64,000 nt of DNA from positions 8,267 through 72,266 of the forward strand of contig JAJYET010000007.1 in NCBI GenBank assembly GCA_021785655.1. The letters are read 5' to 3'. The DNA is from a bacterium. Its GTDB lineage: Bacteria; Chloroflexota; Dormibacteria; Aeolococcales; Bog-877. Shown piece by piece: positions 9,237 through 21,350 of this stretch (positions are counted from its first letter, which is position 1; every line of letters starts with the position of its first letter). The translations under genes were made by a program, and so were the position numbers. The notes below the pieces were generated by a model. The model was not told the DNA's origin. It did no database searches and saw only the letters and a list, made by a program, of their open reading frames with translations.

Positions 9237-10353
9237 TCAGGAGTCCTGGCCGCGCTCCCTGCGCTCGGCGTCCTGGCGCAGGTAGGCCTCGATGAAGGGA
9301 TCCAGCTGGCCCTCTTCCAGCACCGCCTGGACGTTGCCAACCTCGTGCCCGGTGCGGAGGTCCTTGACCAGGGTGTAGGGCTGGAGGACATAGGAGCGGA
9401 TCTGGTTCCCCCACTCGGGGGAGATCAGGTCCCCCTTGAGGTCCGCTAGGTGCTCCGCCCGCTGGGCTCGCTGGTAGTCCGCCAGGCGGGAACGGAGCAC
9501 CCGCCAGGCCGTGGCCCGGTTCTGCTGCTGGGAGCGCTCGTTCTGGCACGTGACCACGATCCCAGTCGGGAGGTGGGTGATCCGGACCGCCGAGGAGGTC
9601 TTGTTGACATGCTGCCCCCCGGCGCCCGAGCTGCGATACACGTCCACCCGGACGTCCTTCTCATCGATCTCGACCTCGACGTCATCGGGGATCTCCGGGT
9701 ACACCTCCACCAGGGCGAAGGCGGTGTGGCGCCGATGCTGAGAGTCGAAGGGGGAGATCCGCACCAGACGGTGGACCCCCTTCTCAGCCCGGAGGAGCCC
9801 GTACGCGTGGGATCCGGAGACCCTGACGGTGGCGCTCTTGATGCCGGCTTCCTCGCCCTCGGACTGGTCGAGCGGCTCGGCCTTGAGCCTCCTCCCCTCC
9901 GCCCAGCGCAGGTACATTCGAAGGAGCATCTCCGCCCAGTCCTGGGCGTCCGTGCCGCCCGCCCCAGCATGGACGCTGAGCAGGGCAGGGTAGTCCGAGT
10001 AGGGGTCCTGGAAGAGGAGCTCCAGTTCGCGCTGATCCAGCTCCCGGCCCAGCTCCCTCAGCTCCCCCTCCAGCTGACGGGCGATCTCTTCGTCCCCATC
10101 CGCGAGCTGAGCCAACTCAGCGGCGTCTCCAGCGCGGGCTCCGATCCGACCCAACTCCTCAAGTTCACCGCGCAGCCGACTGAGCTCCTGCGCCTGCTGC
10201 TGGGCAGACGCGGGATCGTCCCAGCTGCCCTCCCGACCAAGCTCCTGCTCTAAGAGCTGAGCTCGGGCCTCCTTTCCCGTGAAGTCAAAGGTGCTCCTTC
10301 AGCTGGAGAGCGCGGCGGTGCAGTTCCCCAGCCAGGTCGGTCAGCTCACTCAC
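9237..10353 (-). CDS. prfB: Peptide chain release factor 2, expressed through a programmed +1 frameshift
   Basis: Frame 0 runs from GTG 10353: VSELTDLAGELHRRALQLKEHL, then an in-frame TGA. The +1 frame continues DFTGKEARAQLLEQEL...ELGRIGARAGD into track ORF 9237..10154. The RF2 motifs SPF (RISPFDSQ) and GGQ (SGAGGQHVNKT) are present. Joined length is 371 aa. Confidence 0.9.
10284..10290 (-). other. RF2 autoregulatory +1 frameshift site CTT TGA C
   Basis: The minus strand reads AAGGAGCAC CTT TGA C: an SD-like AAGGAG 3 nt upstream of the canonical slippery CUU UGA C heptamer. Both reading frames were verified by hand. Confidence 0.85.
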
Positions 10354-10583
10354 TCCCGAAGTCTACCAACTGACCGATGAGTTCCTCGTCGTGCCACCCA
10401 GCCCGCGCACGCGGACCTTTCCTAGATCGCTCCCGACTTGCGCCGGAGGCCGCAACCCGCGTTCGGCCTCTGCCGGTCACGCCCCAGTGACGCGATGCCG
10501 CCCTGGCCGTCGCATCCGGGTTGAAAAGCTGACCACCCCGTAACTCTGCGGGTCGGGCCAAGCCCTCACACTCTTACCAACTC

Positions 10584-11939
10584 TTGTCGGCCGAGGAGAA
10601 CCCCTTAGAGTTGTCGCCCACCGTTCAGAAGGGACCTGTGACGGAAGCCGTGCGCATGCCGACTTCTGAATGGGAGCTACAGCACCGCGCCCTGGTGGGC
10701 CTTCTCGCCATAGCGCTCTTCCTCTTGGGGCAGGCCGCGGTGTCTCAGCTGCGACTGCCATCCTGGGGTGCCATCCTCTTTCCGGTTCCATCCACCGTGG
10801 TTGCGGGCATGGCCCTCGCACCTTGGTCCTGGATCGCGCGGCTCAAGCAGCGCGCCCTGGGCCAGCGCGTGTCGCTCCTTGTGGGGCTGGTGATCATCGC
10901 CACCTCAGCGTCCATCGCGATCGTGGCGATTGCTTGGCCTCCGGGTGGATGGGATCAGCCCCTCACGATGGTCTGTGCGTCCAGAGATCTCCTCGCCGGA
11001 AATGACCCTTACGGCACCTTTGAGCCCCAGTGCGAGGCGGCACTCGGCTACTCCGGCACCGCGGCCACACCGCTTGAGTCTGGTCCATTCGCGAACTTCC
11101 ACCATTACCCCTCCACCCGCCAGGTGCGGGCTGTCCTGGCCGCCGACCAAATCGGGCACACTCACGCCGGGTTTCCCGCCTTCGGCTACCCACCGCTGGC
11201 GGCTGTGCTGCTCATCCCGGTGGCGTATCAGACCTGGCCGATCATTGACCTCTGGGTTGCTGGGCTCTGCGTCTTGCTGCTGACGCTCATGGCCTGGGGC
11301 TCTCCACGGCCCGGAGCTCTGGTTGTTGCCTGGCAGTTGGCCGGGCTGGCGCTGACATGGCACGCCTTTGGGTGGAACCCTGAGGAGGTCTCGTACCTAT
11401 TCCTGGCTTTGGCGTTCGCTCAAATCGATCGCATCCGGCTGAGTTCCCTGGCCTTGGCCGCAGCTGTGCTCAGCAACCCGATCTCCTGGCTCGCGGCCCC
11501 AATCTATATTGCGGCCACCCACCGCGCGGATTCATGGGGCAGGCGGCTTATCTGGGTCTTTGGGGGCTCAGCTGCAATCCTGATTCCCTGGATGCTTTGG
11601 GATCCTCAGCTGCCGGCACAGGTCTTCCGCTTCATCACGCTACCCGAGTTCCCCATTGGGGCCACGGTCGCGACCCTGGTGCCACTGCCTTCAAACCTGC
11701 GCCCCCTGTTTATGGCCCTCTTCCTTGCCGTGATCGCTGTGTGCACTACCGTCGCGTGGCGGTCTTCCGCCTGGAGGTGGTCCATGGTCGCGTTGGTGTT
11801 CCTGGCCTTCTTTGTCAGCTGGCGTGGGCCCGTGTATTACTACCTGGCCCCGCTCTGGCTGGCCCCAGCCGTCGCCCTAGGGTCTGCCAGGCTGCGGGCG
11901 AGGACGGCCGCGACACCTGTTGGCCTCTCCGCAGCCTGA
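10584..11939 (+). CDS. Polytopic membrane protein, GT87/DUF2029-like
   Basis: 451-aa hydrophobic ORF with loop motif ASRDLLAGNDPYG. The start is uncertain: TTG 10584 is the longest option and ATG 10656 is an alternative. A/T-ending codons are visibly more frequent than in flanking genes. Confidence 0.5.
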   Translation: MSAEENPLELSPTVQKGPVTEAVRMPTSEWELQHRALVGLLAIALFLLGQAAVSQLRLPSWGAILFPVPSTVVAGMALAPWSWIARLKQRALGQRVSLLVGLVIIATSASIAIVAIAWPPGGWDQPLTMVCASRDLLAGNDPYGTFEPQCEAALGYSGTAATPLESGPFANFHHYPSTRQVRAVLAADQIGHTHAGFPAFGYPPLAAVLLIPVAYQTWPIIDLWVAGLCVLLLTLMAWGSPRPGALVVAWQLAGLALTWHAFGWNPEEVSYLFLALAFAQIDRIRLSSLALAAAVLSNPISWLAAPIYIAATHRADSWGRRLIWVFGGSAAILIPWMLWDPQLPAQVFRFITLPEFPIGATVATLVPLPSNLRPLFMALFLAVIAVCTTVAWRSSAWRWSMVALVFLAFFVSWRGPVYYYLAPLWLAPAVALGSARLRARTAATPVGLSAA

Positions 11940-13635
11940 GGCTATCGCGACAGTGCAGGCGACGACGTCCACCTCGACCATCCGCCGGGCAATTGATATC
12001 GGAGCATGCCTGGCTATCCTCCTGCTGTTGTCTCACCTCTCAGGGCCGGTGGTGACACCCCTTCCGGCAATCGGGACCACAGCCTCTCTGTTCGCGCTAG
12101 TGATCCTGGCCCTTCTCGGCGGAGTAGTGATGGCTTCACGAGCCAGCACCCGCGACCGAGTCGAAGTCGCGATCCTGGGCATGGCATGTGCGACAGTCGC
12201 CGTCGAGGTGATTGCCGTCCTCCACTTCACGCCCCCGTACCAGACCGACGAGGCGGCATTGCTGCAGGCGGCAGGAACCTTGGTCTTGCACGGTCGGAAC
12301 CCATACGGCGTCGACCTGGCCCGAGCCTATTCGACCTTCCACGTCTCGCCGTACCGCCTAACTCCGCTCGCGTCCGGGGGTTTCGTCAGGCGCCTAGAGT
12401 ACCCCGGGCTCGCGGTCCTCGTGTCCGCCGTGGTGGTGTGGGTGACCCACGGGTACCAAGCGACGGTTGTGGCGGACACCGCTGCCCTGATCATGGTGAC
12501 GGTCACCGGCTTCGTCCTGCTTCCTGCGCATCTAAGGGGACTCGCGATCGTGGCTGTACTAGCGCTACCTGGAATGACCGGACTTGCGCTTGACGGCCTG
12601 ATTGCGGTTTCGGCAATTCCATCCCTGGTATTTGCTGTGTGGCGGTGGGACGCCATCGGATTGTCGGGAAGGCTGGGTCGCCTCGGGACCGCGCAAGCCG
12701 CCGCACTGGGGATGGCGTGCGCCCTCTCACAGATCGCCTGGCTCGTCGCCCCGTTCTTGCTCATTGTCATCTGGCGCCAGCGTCAGAGGGAGCTGGGCTG
12801 GCGCATTGGAGCTGCGCTGTCTCTGCGCTACATACTGATCGCAGCTGCGATTTTCGCTGTGAGCAACTTTCCATTCATGTTTGCGAGTCCGAGCGCCTGG
12901 AGTAGCAGTCTTGGTGCCCCGATGTTCCAACACTCCATTCCGCTGGGCCTCGGCCTTGCTGCTCTGCCAGTTCTCACCGGTGTAGGCGGCGGGTTCCTTG
13001 CCGGCTATGGCGTCGGTGCCGCTTGTCTATACCTCGCCCTCCTCGCGGCTATCTGGCCCTGGTTCGACAGGCTGCGGTCGGTGGCTCTCGTCCTTCCTGC
13101 ACTCCCGACTTTGGTCTCCACCAGGGCCCTTACCGAGTACTGGGTACTTCTGGTGCCGGTCTGGCTGGTGGCAGCTGCCACGGTTGCCGCCCAGCCAAGG
13201 GATTCGAGAAGGCCGTCCTTGGCGAAGGCGAGGCGCGCGCAAATGGCTGTCAAGGCACTTTCTGCGGCTCTGGCCATGGCGGGCCTGGCCGCGATTGGGC
13301 TGGCGGTCACGTCGCCCGCTCCCCTCTCGGTGGCAGTCACGTCCGCCCCCATCCGCGGCGTGCCACGCTCGACTGCCGCGCTTGGGGTCCGAGTGAAGAA
13401 CCTGACCGATGAGGCGCTGACTCCGCACTTCGTGGTCACGGTGCAGATAGGGACGGCAGTCTGGCTGGTCCGGAGCGGTCCCCATGAACTCGCGCCCGGC
13501 GAAACCGCGTCCTATGAACTGGTGCCACCGAATCCCACGTATGAAGTCCCTGCTGCACCAGTCCAGGTCGGCGTCCTTACGAACGACCCTGAGACCATCA
13601 GCGTGAGCCCGTTGGCAATCGCAAGTCGCCAATAG
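11920..13635 (+). CDS. Polytopic membrane protein, GT87/DUF2029-like, with a C-terminal extracytoplasmic beta-rich domain
   Basis: 571-aa ORF with loop motif DEAALLQAAGTLVLHGRNPYG, many hydrophobic helices, and a non-hydrophobic tail of about 110 aa. The start is uncertain (TTG 11920 overlaps the previous gene; GTG 11953 is an alternative). Confidence 0.5.
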   Translation: MASPQPEAIATVQATTSTSTIRRAIDIGACLAILLLLSHLSGPVVTPLPAIGTTASLFALVILALLGGVVMASRASTRDRVEVAILGMACATVAVEVIAVLHFTPPYQTDEAALLQAAGTLVLHGRNPYGVDLARAYSTFHVSPYRLTPLASGGFVRRLEYPGLAVLVSAVVVWVTHGYQATVVADTAALIMVTVTGFVLLPAHLRGLAIVAVLALPGMTGLALDGLIAVSAIPSLVFAVWRWDAIGLSGRLGRLGTAQAAALGMACALSQIAWLVAPFLLIVIWRQRQRELGWRIGAALSLRYILIAAAIFAVSNFPFMFASPSAWSSSLGAPMFQHSIPLGLGLAALPVLTGVGGGFLAGYGVGAACLYLALLAAIWPWFDRLRSVALVLPALPTLVSTRALTEYWVLLVPVWLVAAATVAAQPRDSRRPSLAKARRAQMAVKALSAALAMAGLAAIGLAVTSPAPLSVAVTSAPIRGVPRSTAALGVRVKNLTDEALTPHFVVTVQIGTAVWLVRSGPHELAPGETASYELVPPNPTYEVPAAPVQVGVLTNDPETISVSPLAIASRQ

Positions 13636-13718
13636 CGGCCACCAGCCAGGGATGTGGACCTACGAAAGCAGACAGGTGGCTAGGCTGGGCTCGTCGATGA
13701 TAGCCGAAGAGGCCAGAA

Positions 13719-13979
13719 ATGGCACCAACGACGAGAAAGAACACCGTCGAGTTCGAGGCTCAGGTGACAGCGCTGAAGGGCGACAAGACGGTGGCTGAGA
13801 CCGCGCAGACCTACAGCATCCATTCTACCATCGTCACCCAGTGGAAGGGGCGTCTCGAGAAGGCGGCGGCTCAGGGCTTCGAAGGCAAGGGGAGGGCGGG
13901 TGAGCCACCGGTCGATGTGGACGCTCTGTACTGGAAGATCGGCCAGATCGAGATGAAGAGAGATTTTTTTGTGCACTAG
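13719..13979 (+). mobile_element. IS3-family transposase orfA remnant (helix-turn-helix part only, no orfB)
   Basis: The 86-aa product (NTVEFEAQVTALKGDKTVAETAQTYSIHSTIVTQWKGRLEKAAAQGF...ALYWKIGQIEMKRDFF) matches the IS3/IS911-type OrfA pattern. It sits in a visibly lower-GC stretch, 13640-14140. No orfB-like frame follows. Confidence 0.6.
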
Positions 13980-14138
13980 TGTCGCCGGACTTCCGCAGTT
14001 GGACGCTTCGAGTGAGCATGGCTGGGGGCCGAGTCGAAGTGAAGAAGGGTATCTCGGGCGGCTTCCGCGGCTGATCGACATAGCTACAATAGGCTTTGCT
14101 AACGGCCAGTCTATCCGGTAGGTACCTGGGAAGATGTA

Positions 14139-14861
14139 GTGCCAACAGGTCCAGCCCCGTTCACGGTGGTGGTGATGCCCGCCTATGAAGCGGAGCGAAC
14201 CCTCGGCCCCACTGTCGCCGATCTGCCCCCGGGCGCAGCGGACCATGTCCTATTGGTCGACGACGCCTCTAAGGATGCCACCGTGGCGGTGGCTCGCAGC
14301 CTCGGGTTAGACGTCAGGACGCATGCCCGCAACGGTGGCTATGGCGCCAATCAGAAGACCTGCTACCGGGCGGCCCTCGAACTAGGGGCAACTCTTGTGG
14401 TGCTGCTGCACCCGGACTATCAGTACGACCCCAAGTCGGTGCCACTGTTGGTGGCTCCGATTGTGGCAGGGGAGGCGGATATGACCTTCGGCTCGCGGTT
14501 CGCCGATGGAGCCGATCCGCGCCAGGGAGGAATGCCCAATTATCGCTACTACGGCAACCGTCTTACCACCATGGCTGAGAATTGGATCCTCGGGACCCGG
14601 TTTTCGGAAATGCACAGCGGCATGCGAGCCTACTCGCGTAAAGTGCTGGAGGCTCTGCCGTACCAGAGCTTCTCGGACGATTTCCTGTTCGACACCCAAC
14701 TAATGGTTGCAGCCCACCAGCGCTGCTTTCGAATCCAAGAGGTGGCGATTCCCACGCGGTACAGGCCGGAGTCTTCCTCGATCGGTATCCGGCGGTCGAT
14801 GGTTTACGTGGCCCTCAGCATTCTGGAGTGCTGGCGCGCACGCGGTTCTCGTTCGTCTTGA
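14139..14861 (+). CDS. GT2 family glycosyltransferase, polyprenol-phosphate-sugar synthase-like
   Basis: Motifs FTVVVMPAYEAERTL, LLVDDASKDAT, HPDYQYDP, GSRF, SGMRAYSRK. Soluble GT-A fold size (240 aa). Confidence 0.8.
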   Translation: MPTGPAPFTVVVMPAYEAERTLGPTVADLPPGAADHVLLVDDASKDATVAVARSLGLDVRTHARNGGYGANQKTCYRAALELGATLVVLLHPDYQYDPKSVPLLVAPIVAGEADMTFGSRFADGADPRQGGMPNYRYYGNRLTTMAENWILGTRFSEMHSGMRAYSRKVLEALPYQSFSDDFLFDTQLMVAAHQRCFRIQEVAIPTRYRPESSSIGIRRSMVYVALSILECWRARGSRSS

Positions 14862-14868
14862 CCGAATC

Positions 14869-15795
14869 TTGAGCCGGGCAGCGCTGTGTCCCCTTTGCCA
14901 CCGGGGAGCGGACGGCCAACGGCGTCTATGCGCCCCCCGCTCGGCCTCCCGCAGTGTGGGCCACCGACTCGATCGCTTCGCGTGCACAAGCGGATTGGTA
15001 GGCACCCACCCGGAGATCTACTGGTGCAGCAACTGCCGAGTGGGCTACTCCGCCCGGCCGCCAGGCACAGAGCTGTTGGCCGAGTACGAACAGGTAGTCG
15101 ACCCGTCATACCTGGAGGAGGATGCGCACCGACTACAGAACGCTGACTGGGTTCTCGCTCGAGTGGAGAAGTATCGGAGCCCTGGGGAGCTGTACGAGAT
15201 CGGCGCGTCGGTTGGGGTCATGCTCCGGGCGGCGCGTGCTCGGGGATGGCGCGTCGGCGGCATCGAGCCAAGCACCTGGGCGGTGGCGACCGCCCGCGAG
15301 CGGTACTCCCTGAATATCATGCAGGGAGCGATCGAGTCGAGCCCCGGGCCAGCAGCACCAGTGGACTGCGTCGTGATGTCCGACGTCTTAGAGCACTTAA
15401 TCGACCCCCAAGCGGCAATTGTTAGGGCAGTCGAGTGGCTCGCGCCGGGGGGCGTCCTTGCCATTGTCACCGTGAACATGTCAGCTCTGCCGGCGCGTCT
15501 GCTCCGGAGTCGATGGCCTGGATTTATGGACATGCATCTGACCTACTTCACCCCCAAGGCCCTGCGGAACATCCTCCGAGGGGCCGGCCTGTGCCCGCTT
15601 GAACTCAGGGCTGCTCCGAGGCGCCTATCTGCGGGGTACCTCGGCCGTCGACTGAGGGGCACTGGCGGTGCCGCCGACCTTGCCGCGCGGGCGCTAATGC
15701 TGCCCCGCATCAGGGACGCCAGCCTGACCATCCGGAGTCGAGACTTGGTGTTGGTGATCGGACGAAAGTCCGCTGCCGCGCCGACGCACCCGTGA
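14869..15795 (+). CDS. Class I SAM-dependent methyltransferase with an N-terminal Cys4 zinc ribbon
   Basis: CPLC...CSNC, then motif I YEIGASVGVMLRAA, then DCVVMSDVLEHLIDP and LAPGGVLAIV. The upstream part of track ORF 14707.. overlaps the GT2 gene. TTG 14869 lies 7 nt after the GT2 stop. The start is uncertain. Confidence 0.7.
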   Translation: MSRAALCPLCHRGADGQRRLCAPRSASRSVGHRLDRFACTSGLVGTHPEIYWCSNCRVGYSARPPGTELLAEYEQVVDPSYLEEDAHRLQNADWVLARVEKYRSPGELYEIGASVGVMLRAARARGWRVGGIEPSTWAVATARERYSLNIMQGAIESSPGPAAPVDCVVMSDVLEHLIDPQAAIVRAVEWLAPGGVLAIVTVNMSALPARLLRSRWPGFMDMHLTYFTPKALRNILRGAGLCPLELRAAPRRLSAGYLGRRLRGTGGAADLAARALMLPRIRDASLTIRSRDLVLVIGRKSAAAPTHP

Positions 15796-17228
15796 GCGAG
15801 GACTCCTCGGTGGATGGCTTCGGGCGCCCATCTCGTAGCTTCAGGTCCGCCGTCCGGCTCCGCCGGCCTCTGGCTCGGGTTGCCGGGGTGGCGGGCCAGC
15901 TGTCCGGGGAAGTCCCCCTCTGGCAGGGGCTGGGCCTCGTGTCCCTCATGGCCGTCGCCTTAGGCAGCGCATGGAGGGAGGGAACGTACTCCAATGCCGC
16001 GTTCTTGGCGATTTTCGTCGGCTTGCTGACCGGCGTCGGAGCCACGGTGGTCCGCTGGCGGTCCCCGTCCATCGTGGTGCCGGCATGGGGCTGGCCTTTG
16101 GCCGCCGCGGCCCTGCCCCTCATGAACCTCGCCCCGGGGTTGGATCCGGGTTCATCCCCGACGCTACTGGCCCTCTCCGTTGTGCTGGCGTTTGTAGCTG
16201 TGGGCCTCTGCTTGATCCCCCTACGGGGTCGTGCCTGGCAACTGGCCCTCATCGGGGCGGGCACTGATCTGGCTCTGGCCGCCAGCCGCATGGTCTGGGG
16301 GCACGCCGACATAGATGTCTTTTGGTTCACGCAGCGCGCTACCGCCCGCCTCCTGCACGGGCAGAACCCGTATGGGGTCGCGTACCCGACGACCACGCCG
16401 GGCCTGGTCTCCGCCCACTTCCCATATGGTCCAGCCTTGCTGGTGCTCGGCGCCCCTTTCCGGCTTCTCGGCGACATTCGTGGAGCCAATGCCGCGGCCA
16501 TGGTGACCCTGTTCGCCTGCATCGCTATCCTGGCTCGGCGCCACGCTGGCGAGGCGGCGGCCGGACGCTACCTGGCGCTGGCGCTGGGATTGCCCTTCTC
16601 CGCCTTCATGATCGTCCAGGCGTGGCCGGAGGTGTACCCGGCAGCGGGGGTCGCCCTCTGGCTGGTCCTGCGCCCGCGGCATCGACGATGGGCGGTAGTG
16701 GCGCTGGGCGCCGGCATCTGCACGGTTCCCACGGCCCTGCCGCTCATCGTCTTCCCTTGGATTTGGTGGCGAGAGGCCCGGCGGGAGATCACCCTCGCTG
16801 TCCTGGTGGCTCTGATGATCTGCGTCCCATTTGCGCTATGGGCCGGGGTCGGCAAGTTCATCGCCGACACGGTCCTCCTCCAAATCCGGCTGCCGGCGCG
16901 CACGGACGCCCTCTCCATCAACGGGCTCCTGGCCCACCTCGGACGCCCACTTCTACCCGGCTGGGCCGGGGTGTCGGTCTCGGCCGTGTGCCTGGCAATC
17001 TGCGCCCTGTGGGGGACCAGGGAATGGGACGCCGCCCTGATGATGGGGGCGACCCTGACTTGCCTGGCTTTTGTCACCGCGAAGTGGGCCTTCTTCGACT
17101 ACTACTTCATCGTAGCCGTGGGGATTGTGCTGGCCTTGGTCTTTGCAGCCTCCAAGCGCGACGGTACGGTCCCTCGGGAGAAGGTCAGGGACCCAGCACA
17201 TACCCCGGTCGCGCCTCAGCCTCAATAG
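15792..17228 (+). CDS. Polytopic membrane protein, GT87/DUF2029-like
   Basis: 478 aa. The GTG start overlaps the methyltransferase stop (GTGA). The loop motif DIDVFWFTQRATARLLHGQNPYG closely resembles the PimE/GT87 pattern. Confidence 0.6.
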   Translation: MSEDSSVDGFGRPSRSFRSAVRLRRPLARVAGVAGQLSGEVPLWQGLGLVSLMAVALGSAWREGTYSNAAFLAIFVGLLTGVGATVVRWRSPSIVVPAWGWPLAAAALPLMNLAPGLDPGSSPTLLALSVVLAFVAVGLCLIPLRGRAWQLALIGAGTDLALAASRMVWGHADIDVFWFTQRATARLLHGQNPYGVAYPTTTPGLVSAHFPYGPALLVLGAPFRLLGDIRGANAAAMVTLFACIAILARRHAGEAAAGRYLALALGLPFSAFMIVQAWPEVYPAAGVALWLVLRPRHRRWAVVALGAGICTVPTALPLIVFPWIWWREARREITLAVLVALMICVPFALWAGVGKFIADTVLLQIRLPARTDALSINGLLAHLGRPLLPGWAGVSVSAVCLAICALWGTREWDAALMMGATLTCLAFVTAKWAFFDYYFIVAVGIVLALVFAASKRDGTVPREKVRDPAHTPVAPQPQ

Positions 17229-17320
17229 CGCGACCCGTGGCAGGCGTCAGGGTCGAGGCTCGGGGAGCCCAGCGGCGGCAATGGCAGTTTGCCACGTCGG
17301 ATCGCGGCCCCGAATCCGAG

Positions 17321-20005
<2,685 letters not shown>

Positions 20006-20077
20006 CTCAGCCGATTATCCCCCACCACCCTCTGGGGGCCCCATCCCCGCTCGACCCGTACCAACTGGGCAACCCCC

Positions 20078-21331
20078 CTAGTGAGAAGTGGGGCCGGCAG
20101 CGCTCCCGCTCGCCCACCGCCAGGGCGACCTCCGGTGGGCGACTATCACCAGGGCCGCCACGGCGAGGGAGGCAACGGAGAGCCGGCCGATCACCTGCGC
20201 TGGATTGAAGAACAGGAAGAGCTCTGGGAGGACGACCATGCAGGCGAGCACGCCGAGAACGTCCGACTCTCGGGCGGCTTCGAAGTCCAGCCCGACGACC
20301 AGTGCCAGAAGTGGGAGAAGCACCAGCAGGTCGTTGCTGTGGCTGTAGGGCGCCACCAGGACCCACACTCCCAAGGTGAGGCTGACGAGCCATACGGCAT
20401 CCCCGTCCGCGGCCGCCGAACCTCCTGCCCGGAGACTGGGCCGGGCCCAGAAGAGTTGGACAATCCACACCAGCCCGGCCGCAACGATGAGGACAGTCAC
20501 GGGATCTCTGAGAGAGGGGGTCAGGCCCCAAGAGGCGGGCGTGAACCGCAGGAGTCCGGGCAACCCGGCCAGGTCCGGCTGAATCGATGCGATCGAGGTC
20601 GAGAAATGGGCCAGGCTTCCCCACCACTGCGGAAGGAGGCTCGGGTGGAGGAGGGCCGGCCCCGCCAGCAACACGGCGGCCGCGCCGAGGGCACCAGCCA
20701 GGTACCGCACCGCCCGACCTCGGGCCAGAGCCGGCCATAGGAGCGCCACCGGTAAGATCCACATCACCTGCGGCTTGATGAGCGCCGCAGCCAATGCTGA
20801 CGCTCCCGCCCACCCATACCGGCCCTTGTTGGACGCCAGGATGCTGGCGGTTTCGAGACCGAGCAGCCAACCGTCCACCTGACCCGTGAGCAGGCCACGC
20901 CAGAGCACCTCCCAGACCGCGACCGAGGCCGCCAGGAGCCAGGGACGACGCCATCCTAGGGTTCGGGCGAGGACCCAGGCGCTCGCCACGGCGATGGTTC
21001 CACTGAGGGCGACCCAGAGGTGGAAGGCGATCCAGAAGGGAAGGCGCGTGAAGGGAGAAAGCGCCAGGGCAACCCAGGGGAGGTACTCAAAAGCCTCGTT
21101 GAGCTTGACCCCGCTCAGATCCCGGTACGGGCTGTGGCCAGCCGTAACGGTGGCGGCCGCGTGATACAGAACGGCGAACGCGGTCGCCCGCTCGGACAGG
21201 AGGAGCCCGACGAAAATGACCGTTGTCGCAAGGCTGACGCCCACCATGGCCGCGGCGGCGAATACCACGAGCAATCGCCGGCGGCGCACCACCAGGGCAT
21301 CATACGGTCGGCAAATGGCGCCGGTTCCCAC
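20078..21331 (-). CDS. Polytopic membrane protein, GT87/DUF2029-like (weaker motif)
   Basis: 417-aa hydrophobic ORF with loop segment FAVLYHAAATVTAGHSPYR. Overall architecture matches the other paralogs. The start is uncertain (GTG 21331 lies inside a palindrome). Confidence 0.45.
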   Translation of the reverse strand: MGTGAICRPYDALVVRRRRLLVVFAAAAMVGVSLATTVIFVGLLLSERATAFAVLYHAAATVTAGHSPYRDLSGVKLNEAFEYLPWVALALSPFTRLPFWIAFHLWVALSGTIAVASAWVLARTLGWRRPWLLAASVAVWEVLWRGLLTGQVDGWLLGLETASILASNKGRYGWAGASALAAALIKPQVMWILPVALLWPALARGRAVRYLAGALGAAAVLLAGPALLHPSLLPQWWGSLAHFSTSIASIQPDLAGLPGLLRFTPASWGLTPSLRDPVTVLIVAAGLVWIVQLFWARPSLRAGGSAAADGDAVWLVSLTLGVWVLVAPYSHSNDLLVLLPLLALVVGLDFEAARESDVLGVLACMVVLPELFLFFNPAQVIGRLSVASLAVAALVIVAHRRSPWRWASGSAAGPTSH

Positions 21332-21350
21332 CGGGATACCGGTGGGAACC
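21323..21350. promoter_or_regulatory. Perfect 12-4-12 inverted repeat GGTTCCCACCGG-GATA-CCGGTGGGAACC
   Basis: Read directly. It lies at the edge of the divergent region between two GT87-like paralogs and covers the longest-ORF start codon of 20078..21331. Function (operator or RNA hairpin) is unknown. Confidence 0.4.

Noticed and set aside
13955-14138. T7 run at the end of the IS3 orfA fragment as a -1 frameshift site leading into an orfB.
   Set aside because: Translating the -1 frame downstream gives a short frame with no resemblance to an IS3 OrfB/DDE transposase. The element is a truncated remnant.
17229-17320. Possible bidirectional terminator between the convergent GT87-like gene and secA.
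   Set aside because: Only 5-bp stems were found by eye. That is not enough to call a terminator.
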